Assembly: GCA_964016885.1 (NCBI GenBank)
Contig: OZ024757.1
Location: 3,100,001 to 3,164,000 of the forward strand
Direction: 5' to 3'
From: Eledone cirrhosa
Lineage: Eukaryota
DNA length: 64,000 bases
Position 1 is the first letter of the stretch, and every line of letters starts with the position of its first letter. Positions 11,901 to 24,969 of this stretch are shown here, one piece after another. The notes under the pieces were generated by a model, which made no database searches, had not been told where the DNA came from, and saw only the letters and a program-made list of their open reading frames with translations. Made by a program: the position numbers and the translations under genes.

Positions 11901-14899
11901 TAAACACATGTCTGTAGTATCAGAGCTGTGATCTCTCAATTCAGAGATTCTTTCCTCAGACATTCTAACCACATGTCTGTAGTATCAGAGCTGTGATCTC
12001 TCAATTCAGAGATTCTTTTCTCAGACATTCTAACCACATTTTTATAGTATCAGAGCTGTGATCTCTCAATTTAGAGATTCTTTCCTGAGGCATTCTAACC
12101 ACATGTCTATAGCATCAGAGCTGTGATCTCTCAATTCAGAGATTCTTTCCTGAGACATTCTAACCACATGTCTGTAGTATCAGAGCTGTGATCTCTCAAT
12201 TCAGAGATTCTTTCCTGCGACATTCTAACCACATGTCTGTAGTATCAGAGCTGTGATCTCTTAATTCAGAGATTCTTTCCTGAAACATTCTAACCACATG
12301 TCTATAGTATCAGAGCTGTGATCTCTCAATTCAGAGATTCTTTCCTGAGACATTCTAACCACATGTCTGTAGTATCAGAGGTGTGACCTCTCAATTCAGA
12401 GATTCTTTCCTGAGACATGCTAACCACATGTCTGTAGTATCAGAGCTGTGATCTCTCAATTCAGAGATTCTTTCCTGAGACATTCTAACCACATGTCTAT
12501 AGTATCAGAGCTGTGATCTCTCAATTCAGAGATTCTTTCCTGAGACATTCTAACCACATGTCTGTAGTATCAGAGCTGTGATCTCTCAATTCAGAGATTC
12601 TTTCCTCAGACATTCTAACCACATGTCTGTAGTATCAGAGCTGTGATCTCTCAATTTAGAGATTCTTTCCTGAGACATTCTAACCACATATCTATAGTAT
12701 TAGAGCTGTGATCTCTCAATTCAAAGATTATTTCCAGAGATATTCTTACCACATGTCTGTAGTATCAGAGCTGTGATCTCTCAATTCAGAGATTCTTTCC
12801 TGAGACATTCTAACCACATATCTATAGTATCAGAGCTGTGATCTCTCAATTCAGAGATTCTTTCCTGAGACATTCTAACCACATGTCTGTAGTATCAGAG
12901 CTGTGATCTCTCAATTCAGAGATTCTTTCCTCAGACATTCTAACCACATGTCTGTAGTATCAGAGCTGTGATCTCTCAATTTAGAGATTCTTTCCTGAGA
13001 CATTCTAACCACATATCTATAGTATTAGAGCTGTGATCTCTCAATTCAAAGATTCTTTCCAGAGATATTCTTACCACATGTCTGTAGTATCAGAGGTGTG
13101 ATCTCTCAATTCAGAGATTCTTTCCTGAGACATTCTAACCACATGTCTATAGTATCAGAGCTGTGATCTCTCAATTCAGAGATTCTTTCCTGAGACATTC
13201 TAACCACATGTCTATAGTATCAGAGCTGTGATCTCTCAATTCAGAGATTCTTTCCTGAGACATTCTAACCACATGTCTGTAGTATCAGAGCTGTGATCTC
13301 TCAATTCAGAGATTCTTTCCTCAGACATTCTAACCACATGTCTGTAGTATCAGAGCTGTGATCTCTCAATTTAGAGATTCTTTCCTGAGACATTCTAACC
13401 ACATATCTATAGTATTAGAGCTGTGATCTCTCAATTCAAAGATTATTTCCAGAGATATTCTTACCACATGTCTGTAGTATCAGAGGTGTGATCTCTCAAT
13501 TCAGAGATTCTTTCCTGAGACATTCTAACCACATGTCTATAGTATCAGAGCTGTGATCTCTCAATTCAGAGATTCTTTCCTGAGACATTCTAACCACATG
13601 TCTATAGTATCAGAGCTGTGATCTCTCAATTCAGAGATTCTTTCCTGAGACATTCTAACCACATGTCTGTAGTATCAGAGCTGTGATCTCTCAATTTAGA
13701 GATTCTTTCCTGAGACATTCTAACCACATATCTATAGTATTAGAGCTGTGATCTCTCAATTCAAAGATTCTTTCCTGAGATATTCTTACCACATGTCAGT
13801 AGTATCAGAGCTGTGATCTCTCAATTCAGAGATTCTTTCCTGAGACATTCCCGCCACCAATCTGTAGTATCAGAGCTGTGATCTCTCAATTTAGAGATTC
13901 TTTCTGGAGGCATTCTAACCACATGTCTGTAGTATCAGAGCTGTGATCTCTCAATTCAGAGATTCTTTCCTGAGACATTCTAACCACATGTCTGTAGTAT
14001 CAGACGTGTGATCTCTCAATTCAGAGATTCTTTCCTGAGACATTCTAACCACATGTCTATAGTATCAGAGCTGTGATCTCTCAACTCAGAGATTCTTTCC
14101 TGAGACATTCTAACCACATGTCTATAGTATCAGAGCTGTGATCTCTCAATTCAGAGATTCTTTCCTGCAACATTCCCGCCACCAATCTGTAGTATCAGCG
14201 TTGTGATCTCTCAATTCAGAGATTCTTTTCTCAGAGATTCTAACCACATTTTTATAGTATCAGAGCTGTGATCTCTCAATTTAGAGATTCTTTCCTGAGG
14301 CATTCTAACCACATGTCTATAGCATCAGAGCTGTGATCTCTTAATTCAGAGATTCTTTCCTGAGACATTCTAACCACATGTCTATAGTATCAGAGCTGTG
14401 ATCACTCAATTCAGAGATTCTTTCCTGAGACATTCTAACCACATGTCTGTAGTATCAGAGGTGTGACCTCTCAATTCAGAGATTCTTTCCTGAGACATGC
14501 TAACCACATGTCTGTAGTATCAGAGCTGTGATCTCTCAATTCAGAGATTCTTTCCTGAGACATTCTAACCACATGTCTATAGTATCAGAGCTGTGATCTC
14601 TCAATTCAGAGATTCTTTCCTGAGACATTCTAACCACATGTCTGTAGTATCAGAGCTGTGATCTCTCAATTCAGAGATTCTTTCCTCAGACATTCTAACC
14701 ACATGTCTGTAGTATCAGAGCTGTGATCTCTCAATTCAGAGATTCTTTTCTCAGACATTCTAACCACATTTTTATAGTATCAGAGCTGTGATCTCTCAAT
14801 TTAGAGATTCTTTCCTGAGGCATTCTAACCACATGTCTGTAGTATCAGAGCTGTGATATTTCAATTCAGAGATTCTTTCCTGAGACATTCTAACCACAT

Positions 14900-17800
14900 G
14901 TCTATAGCATCAGAGCTGTGATCTCTCAATTTAGAGATTCTTTCCTGAGGCATTCTAACCACATGTCTGTAGTATCAGAGCTGTGATCTCTCAATTCAGA
15001 GATTCTTTCCTGCGACATTCTAACCACATGTCTGTAGTATCAGAGCTGTGATCTCTTAATTCAGAGATTCTTTCCTGAGACATTCTAACCACATGTCTAT
15101 AGTATCAGAGCTGTGATCTCTCAATTCAGAGATTCTTTCCTGAGACCTTCTAACCACATGTCTGTAGTATCAGAGGTGTGACCTCTCAATTCAGAGATTC
15201 TTTCCTGAGACATGCTAACCACATGTCTGTAGTATCAGAGCTGTGATCTCTCAATTCAGAGATTCTTTTCTGAGACATTCTAACCACATGTCTATAGTAT
15301 CAGAGCTGTGATCTCTCAATTCAGAGATTCTTTCCTGAGACATTCAAACCACATATCTATAGTATTAGAGCTGTGATCTCTCAATTCAAAGATTCTTTCC
15401 AGAGATATTCTTACCACATGTCTGTAGTATCAGAGCTGTGATCTCTCAATTCAGAGATTCTTTCCTGAGACATTCTAATCACATATCTATAGTATTAGAT
15501 CTGTGATCTCTCAATTCAAAGATTCTTTCCAGAGATATTCTAACCACATATCTATAGTTGTAGAGCTGTGATCTCTCAATTCAAAGATTCTTTCCAGAGA
15601 TATTCTTACCACATGTCTGTAGTATCAGAGCTGTGATCTCTCAATTCAGAGATTCTTTCCTGAGACATTCCCGCCACCAATCTGTAGTATCAGCGTTGTG
15701 ATCTCTCAATTCAGAGATTCCTTCATGAGACATTCTAACCACATGTCTATAGTATCAGAGCTGTGATCTCTCAATTCAGAGATTCTTTCCTGAGACATTC
15801 TAACCACATGTCTGTAGTATCAGATCTGTGATCTCTCAATCCAGAGATTCTTTCTTGAGACATTCTAACCACATGTCTGTAGTATCAGAGCTGTGATCTC
15901 TCAATTCAGAGATTCTTTCCTGCGACATTCTAACCACATGTCTATAGTATCAGAGCTGTGATCTCTCAATTCAGAGATTCTTTCCTGAGACATTCTAACC
16001 ACATGTCTGTAGTATCAGAGCTGTGATCTCTCAATTCAGAGATTCTTTCCTCAGAAATTCTAACCACATGTCTGTAGTATCAGAGCTGTGATCTCTCAAT
16101 TTAGAGATTCTTTCCTGAGACATTCTAACCACATATCTATAGTATTAGAGCTGTGATCTCTCAATTCAAAGATTCTTTCCAGAGATATTCTTACCACATG
16201 TCTGTAGTATTAGAGCTGTGATCTCTCAATTCAAAGATTCTTTCCAGAGATATTCTTACCACATGTCAGTAGTATCAGAGCTGTGATCTCTCAATTCAGA
16301 GATTCTTTCCTGAGACATTCCCGCCACCAATCTGTAGTATCAGAGCTGTGATCTCTCAATTTAGAGATTCTTTCCTGAGGCATTCTAACCACATGTCTGT
16401 AGTATCAGAGCTGTGATCTCTCAATTCAGAGATTCTTTCCTGAGACATTCTAACCACATGTCTGTAGTATCAGAGGTGTGATCTCTCAATTCAGAGATTC
16501 TTTCCTGAGACATTCTAACCACATGTCTGTAGTATCAGAGCTGTGATATTTCAATTCAGAGATTCTTTCCTGAGACATTCTAACCACATGTCTATAGTAT
16601 CAGAGCTGTGATCTCTCAACTCAGAGATTCTTTCCTGAGACATTCTAACCACATGTCTATAGTATCAGAGCTGTGAACTCTCAATTCAGAGATTCTTTCC
16701 TGAAACATTCCCGCCACCAATCTGTAGTATCAGCGTTGTGATCTCTCAATTCAGAGATTATTTTCTCAGACATTCTAACCACATTTTTATAGTATCAGAG
16801 CTGTGATCTCTCAATTTAGAGATTCTTTCCTGAGGCATTCTAACCACATGTCTATAGCATCAGAGCTGTGATCTCTCAATTCAGAGATTCTTTCCTGAGA
16901 CATTCTAACCACGTCTGTAGTATCAGAGCTGTGATCTCGCAATTCAGAGATTCTTTCCTGCGACATTCTAACCACATGTCTGTAGTATCAGAGCTGTGAT
17001 CTCTTAATTCAGAGATTCTTTCCTGAGACATTCTAACCACATGTCTATAGTGTCAGAGCTGTGATCACTCAATTCAGAGATTCTTTCCTGAGACATTCTA
17101 ACCACATGTCTGTATTATCAGAGGTGTGACCTCTCAATTCAGAGATTCTTTCCTGAGACATGCTAACCACATGTCTGTAGTATCAGAGCTGTGATCTCTC
17201 AATTCAGAGATTCTTTCCTGAGACGTTCTAACCACATGTCTATAGTATCAGAGCTGTGATCTCTCAATTCAGAGATTCTTTCCTGAGACGTTCTAACCAC
17301 ATGTCTGTAGTATCAGAGCTGTGATCTCTCAATTCAGAGATTCTTTCCTCAGACATTCTAAACACATGTCTGTAGTATCAGAGCTGTGATCTCTCAATTC
17401 AGAGATTCTTTTCTCAGACATTCTAACCACATTTTTTTAGTATCAGAGCTGTGATCTCTCAATTTAGAGATTCTTTCCTGAGGCATTCTAACCACATGTC
17501 TATAGCATCAGAGCTGTGATCTCTCAATTCAGAGATTCTTTCCTGAGACATTCTAACCACATGTCTGTAGTATCAGAGCTGTGATCTCTCAATTCAGAGA
17601 TTCTTTCCTGCGACATTCTAACCACATGTCTGTAGTATCAGAGCTGTGATCTCTTAATTCAGAGATTCTTTCCTGAGACATTCTAACCACATGTCTATAG
17701 TATCAGAGCTGTGATCTCTCAATTCAGAGATTCTTTCCTGAGACATTCTAACCACATGTCTGTAGTATCAGAGGTGTGACCTCTCAATTCAGAGATTCTT

Positions 17801-19700
17801 TCCTGAGACATGCTAACCACATGTCTGTAGTATCAGAGCTGTGATCTCTCAATTCAGAGATTCTTTCCTGAGACATTCTAACCACATGTCTAGAGTATCA
17901 GAGCTGTGATCTCTCAATTCAGAGATTCTTTCCTGAGACATTCTAACCACATGTCTGTAGTATCAGAGCTGTGATCTCTCAATTCAGAGATTCTTTCCTC
18001 AGACATTCTAACCACATGTCTGTAGTATCAGAGCTGTGATCTCTCAATTTAGAGATTCTTTCCTGAGACATTCTAACCACATATCTATAGTATTAGAGCT
18101 GTGATCTCTCAATTCAAAGATTATTTCCAGAGATATTCTTACCACATGTCTGTAGTATCAGAGCTGTGATCTCTCAATTCAGAGATTCTTTCCTGAGACA
18201 TTCTAACCACAAATCTATAGTATCAGAGCTGTGATCTCTCAATTCAGAGATTCTTTCCTGAGACATTCTAACCACATGTCTGTAGTATCAGAGCTGTGAT
18301 CTCTCAATTCAGAGATTCTTTCCTCAGACATTCTAACCACATGTCTGTAGTATCAGAGCTGTGATCTCTCAATTTAGAGATTCTTTCCTGAGACATTCTA
18401 ACCACATATCTATAGTATTAGAGCTGTGATCTCTCAATTCAAAGATTCTTTCCAGAGATATTCTTACCACATGTCTGTAGTATCAGAGGTGTGATCTCTC
18501 AATTCAGAGATTCTTTCCTGAGACATTCTAACCACATGTCTATAGTATCAGAGCTGTGATCTCTCAATTCAGAGATTCTTTCCTGAGACATGCTAACCAC
18601 ATGTCTGTAGTATTAGAGCTGTGATCTCTCAATTCAAAGATTCTTTCCAGAGATATTCTTACCACATGTCAGTAGTATCAGAGCTGTGATCTCTCAATTC
18701 AGAGATTCTTTCCTGAGACATTCCCGCCACCAATCTGTAGTATCAGAGCTGTGATCTCTCAACTTAGAGATTCTTTCCTGAGGCATTCTAACCACATGTC
18801 TGTAGTATCAGAGCTGTGATCTCTCAATTCAGAGATTCTTTCCTGAGACATTCTAACCACATGTCTGTAGTATCAGACGTGTGATCTCTCAATTCAGAGA
18901 TTCTTTCCTGAGACATTCTAACCACATGTCTGTAGTATCAGAGCTGTGATATTTCAATTCAGAGATTCTTTCCTGAGACATTCTAACCACATGTCTATAG
19001 TATCAGAGCTGTGATCTCTCAACTCAGAGATTCTTTCCTGAGACATTCTAACCACATGTCTATAGTATCAGAGCTGTGATCTCTCAATTCAGAGATTCTT
19101 TCCTGAAACATTCCCGCCACCAATCTGTAGTATCAGCGTTGTGATCTCTCAATTCAGAGATTCTTTTCTCAGAGATTCTAACCACATTTTTATAGTATCA
19201 GAGCTGTGATCTCTCAATTTAGAGATTCTTTCCTGAGGCATTCTAACCACATGTCTATAGCATCAGAGCTGTGATCTCTCAATTCAGAGATTCTTTCCTG
19301 AGACATTCTAAACACATGTCTGTAGTATCAGAGCTGTGATCTCCCAATTCAGAGATTCTTTCCTGCGACATTCTAACCACATGTCTGTAGTATCAGAGCT
19401 GTGATCTCGCAATTCAGAGATTCTTTCCTGAGACATTCTAACCACATGTCTATAGTATCTGAGCTGTGATCACTCAATTCAGAGATTCTTTCCTGAGACA
19501 TTCTAACCACATGTCTGTAGTATCAGAGGTGTGACCTCTCAATTCAGAGATTCTTTCCTGAGACATGCTAAACACATGTCTGTAGTATCAGAGCTGTGTT
19601 CTCTCAATTCAGAGATTCTTTCCTGAGACATTCTAACCACATGTCTATAGTATCAGAGCTGTGATCTCTCAATTCAGAGATTCTTTCCTGAGACATTCTA
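14900..19700 (+). repeat. Block of about 4.8 kb with a second copy at about 24070-29000 (offset 141-143 monomers)
   Basis: The 2-bp-deleted monomer (16901/26194), atttttttag (17431/26724), tagagtatca (17891/27184) and tatcagacgt (18871/28164) are all 9293 bp apart (143x65-2). cattcaaacc 15341/24504 is 9163 apart (141x65-2). Confidence 0.85.
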
Positions 19701-22700
19701 ACCACATGTCTATAGCATCAGAGCTGTGATCTCTCAATTTAGAGATTCTTTCCTGAGGCATTCTAACCACATGTCTATAGCATCAGAGCTGTGATCTCTC
19801 AATTCAGAGATTCTTTCCTGAGACATTCTAAACACATGTCTGTAGTATCAGAGCTGTGATCTCGCAATTCAGAGATTCTTTCCTGCGACATTCTAACCAC
19901 ATGTCTGTAGTATCAGAGCTGTGATCTCGCAATTCAGAGATTCTTTCCTGAGACATTCTAACCACATGTCTATAGTATCTGAGGTGTGATCACTCAATTC
20001 AGAGATTCTTTCCTGAGACATTCTAACCACATGTCTGTAGTATTAGAGGTGTGACCTCTCAATTCAGAGATTCTTTCCTGAGACATGCTAAACACATGTC
20101 TGTAGTATCAGAGCTGTGATCTCTCAATTCAGAGATTCTTTCCTGAGACATTCTAACCACATGTCTATAGTATCAGAGCTGTGATCTCTCAATTCAGAGA
20201 TTCTTTCCTGAGACATTCTAACCACATGTCTGTAGTATCAGAGCTGTGATCTCTCAATTCAGAGATTCTTTCCTCAGACATTCTAACCACATGTCTGTAG
20301 TATCAGAGCTGTGATCTCTCAATTCAGAGATTCTTTTCTCAGACATTCTAACCACATTTTTATAGTATCAGAGCTGTGATCTCTCAATTTAGAGATTCTT
20401 TCCTGAGGCATTCTAACCACATGTCTATAGCATCAGAGCTGTGATCTCTCAATTCAGAGATTCTTTCCTGAGACATTCTAACCACATGTCTGTAGTATCA
20501 GAGCTGTGATCTCTCAATTCAGAGATTCTTTCCTGCGACATTCTAACCACATGTCTGTAGTATCAGATCTGTGATCTCTCAATCCAGAGATTCTTTCTTG
20601 AGACATTCTAACCACATGTCTGTAGTATCAGAGCTGTGATCTCTCAATTCAGAGATTCTTTCCTGCGACATTCTAACCACATGTCTATAGTATCAGAGCT
20701 GTGATCTCTCAATTCAGAGATTCTTTCCTCAGAAATTCTAACCACATGTCTGTAGTATCAGAGCTGTGATCTCTCAATTTAGAGATTCTTTCCTGAGACA
20801 TTCTAACCACATATCTATAGTATTAGAGCTGTGATCTCTCAATTCAAAGATTCTTTCCAGAGATATTCTTACCACATGTCTGTAGTATCAGAGCTGTGAT
20901 CTCTCAATTCAGAGATTCTTTCCTGAGACATTCTAACCACATGTCTGTAGTATCAGAGCTGTGATCTCTCAATTCAGAGATTCTTTCCTGAGACATTCTA
21001 ACCACATGTCTGTAGTATCAGAGGTGTGATCTCTCAATTCAGAGATTCTTTCCTGAGACATTCTAACCACATGTCTGTAGTATCAGAGCTGTGATATTTC
21101 AATTCAGAGATTCTTTCCTGAGACATTCTAACCACATGTCTATAGCATCAGAGCTGTGATCTCTCAATTCAGAGATTCTTTCCTGAGACATTCTAACCAC
21201 ATGTCTGTAGTATCAGAGCTGTGATCTCTCAATTCAGAGATTCTTTCCTGCGACATTCTAACCATATGTCTGTAGTATCAGAGCTGTGATCTCTTAATTC
21301 AGAGATTCTTTCCTGAGACATTCTAACCACATGTCTATAGTATCAGAGCTGTGATCTCTCAATTCAGAGATTCTTTCCTGAGACCTTCTAACCACATGTC
21401 TGTAGTATCAGAGGTGTGACCTCTCAATTCAGAGATTCTTTCCTGAGACATGCTAACCACATGTCTGTAGTATCAGAGCTGTGATCTCTCAATTCAGAGA
21501 TTCTTTTCTGAGACATTCTAACCACATGTCTATAGTATCAGAGCTGTGATATTTCAATTCAGAGATTCTTTCCTGAGACATTCTAACCACATGTCTATAG
21601 CATCAGAGCTGTGATCTCTCAATTTAGAGATTTTTTCCTGAGGCATTCTAACCACATGTCTATAGCATCAGAGCTGTGATCTCTCAATTCAGAGATTCTT
21701 TCCTGAGACATTCTAATCACATATCTATAGTATTCGATCTGTGATCTCTCAATTCAGAGATTCTTTCCTCAGACATTCTAACCACATTTTTATAGTATCA
21801 GAGCTGTGATCTCTCAATTTAGAGATTCTTTCCTGAGGCATTCTAACCACATGTCTATAGCATGAGAGCTGTGATCTCTCAATTCAGAGATTCTTTCCTG
21901 AGACATTCTAACCACATGTCTGTAGTATCAGAGCTGTGATCTCTCAATTCAGAGATTCTTTCCTGCGACATTCTAACCACATGTCTGTAGTATCAGATCT
22001 GTGATCTCTCAATCCAGAGATTCTTTCTTGAGACATTCTAACCACATGTCTGTAGTATCAGAGCTGTGATCTCTCAATTCAGAGATTCTTTCCTGCGACA
22101 TTCTAACCACATGTCTATAGTATCAGAGCTGTGATCTCTCAATTCAGAGATTCTTTCCTGAGACATTCTAACCACATGTCTGTAGTATCAGAGCTCTGAT
22201 CTCTCAATTCAGAGATTCTTTCCTCAGAAATTCTAACCACATGTCTGTAGTATCAGAGCTGTGATCTCTCAATTTAGAGATTCTTTCCTGAGACATTCTA
22301 ACCACATATCTATAGTATTAGAGCTGTGATCTCTCAATTCAAAGATTCTTTCCAGAGATATTCTTACCACATGTCTGTAGTATCAGAGCTGTGATCTCTC
22401 AATTCAGAGATTCTTTCCTGAGACATTCTAACCACATGTCTGTAGTATCAGAGCTGTGATCTCTCAATTCAGAGATTCTTTCCTGAGACATTCTAACCAC
22501 ATGTCTGTAGTATCAGAGGTGTGATCTCTCAATTCAGAGATTCTTTCCTGAGACATTCTAACCACATGTCTGTAGTATCAGAGCTGTGATATTTCAATTC
22601 AGAGATTCTTTCCTGAGACATTCTAACCACATGTCTATAGCATCAGAGCTGTGATCTCTCAATTTAGAGATTCTTTCCTGAGGCATTCTAACCACATGTC

Positions 22701-24470
22701 TATAGCATCAGAGCTGTGATCTCTCAATTCAGAGATTCTTTCCTGAGACATTCTAAACACATGTCTGTAGTATCAGAGCTGTGATCTCGCAATTCAGAGA
22801 TTCTTTCCTGCGACATTCTAACCACATGTCTGTAGTATCAGAGCTGTGATCTCGCAATTCAGAGATTCTTTCCTGAGACATTCTAACCACATGTCTATAG
22901 TATCTGAGGTGTGATCACTCAATTCAGAGATTCTTTCCTGAGACATTCTAACCACATGTCTGTAGTATCAGAGGTGTGACCTCTCAATTCAGAGATTCTT
23001 TCCTGAGACATGCTAAACACATGTCTGTAGTATCAGAGCTGTGATCTCTCAATTCAGAGATTCTTTCCTGAGACATTCTAACCACATGTCTATAGTATCA
23101 GAGCTGTGATCTCTCAATTCAGAGATTCTTTCCTGAGACATTCTAACCACATGTCTGTAGTATCAGAGCTGTGATCTCTCAATTCAGAGATTCTTTCCTC
23201 AGACATTCTAACCACATGTCTGTAGTATCAGAGCTGTGATCTCTCAATTCAGAGATTCTTTTCTCAGACATTCTAACCACATTTTTATAGTATCAGAGCT
23301 GTGATCTCTCAATTTAGAGATTCTTTCCTGAGGCATTCTAACCACATGTCTATAGCATCAGAGCTGTGATCTCTCAATTCAGAGATTCTTTCCTGAGACA
23401 TTCTAACCACATGTCTGTAGTATCAGAGCTGTGATCTCTCAATTCAGAGATTCTTTCCTGCGACATTCTAACCACATGTCTGTAGTATCAGATCTGTGAT
23501 CTCTCAATCCAGAGATTCTTTCTTGAGACATTCTAACCACATGTCTGTAGTATCAGAGCTGTGATCTCTCAATTCAGAGATTCTTTCCTGCGACATTCTA
23601 ACCACATGTCTATAGTATCAGAGCTGTGATCTCTCAATTCAGAGATTCTTTCCTCAGAAATTCTAACCACATGTCTGTAGTATCAGAGCTGTGATCTCTC
23701 AATTTAGAGATTCTTTCCTGAGACATTCTAACCACATATCTATAGTATTAGAGCTGTGATCTCTCAATTCAAAGATTCTTTCCAGAGATATTCTTACCAC
23801 ATGTCTGTAGTATCAGAGCTGTGATCTCTCAATTCAGAGATTCTTTCCTGAGACATTCTAACCACATGTCTGTAGTATCAGAGCTGTGATCTCTCAATTC
23901 AGAGATTCTTTCCTGAGACATTCTAACCACATGTCTGTAGTATCAGAGGTGTGATCTCTCAATTCAGAGATTCTTTCCTGAGACATTCTAACCACATGTC
24001 TGTAGTATCAGAGCTGTGATATTTCAATTCAGAGATTCTTTCCTGAGACATTCTAACCACATGTCTATAGCATCAGAGCTGTGATCTCTCAATTCAGAGA
24101 TTCTTTCCTGAGACATTCTAACCACATGTCTGTAGTATCAGAGCTGTGATCTCTCAATTCAGAGATTCTTTCCTGCGACATTCTAACCACATGTCTGTAG
24201 TATCAGAGCTGTGATCTCTTAATTCAGAGATTCTTTCCTGAGACATTCTAACCACATGTCTATAGTATCAGAGCTGTGATCTCTCAATTCAGAGATTCTT
24301 TCCTGAGACCTTCTAACCACATGTCTGTAGTATCAGAGGTGTGACCTCTCAATTCAGAGATTCTTTCCTGAGACATGCTAACCACATGTCTGTAGTATCA
24401 GAGCTGTGATCTCTCAATTCAGAGATTCTTTTCTGAGACATTCTAACCACATGTCTATAGTATCAGAGCT
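19680..24470 (+). repeat. Block of about 1.85 kb (about 19680-21545) duplicated at a 45-monomer offset (about 22605-24470)
   Basis: tatagc 19711/22636, tatctgaggtgtgatcactc 19976/22901, agacctt 21381/24306 and ttcttttctg 21501/24426 are all 2925 bp apart. Confidence 0.85.
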
Positions 24471-24969
24471 GTGATCTCTCAATTCAGAGATTCTTTCCTG
24501 AGACATTCAAACCACATATCTATAGTATTAGAGCTGTGATCTCTCAATTCAAAGATTCTTTCCAGAGATATTCTTACCACATGTCTGTAGTATTAGAGCT
24601 GTGATCTCTCAATTCAGAGATTCTTTCCTGAGACATTCTAATCACATATCTATAGTATTAGATCTGTGATCTCTCAATTCAAAGATTCTTTCCAGAGATA
24701 TTCTAACCACATATCTATAGTTGTAGAGCTGTGATCTCTCAATTCAAAGATTCTTTCCAGAGATATTCTTACCACATGTCTGTAGTATCAGAGCTGTGAT
24801 CTCTCAATTCAGAGATTCTTTCCTGAGACATTCCCGCCACCAATCTGTAGTATCAGCGTTGTGATCTCTCAATTCAGAGATTCCTTCATGAGACATTCTA
24901 ACCACATGTCTATAGTATCAGAGCTGTGATCTCTCAATTCAGAGATTCTTTCCTGAGACATTTTAACCA

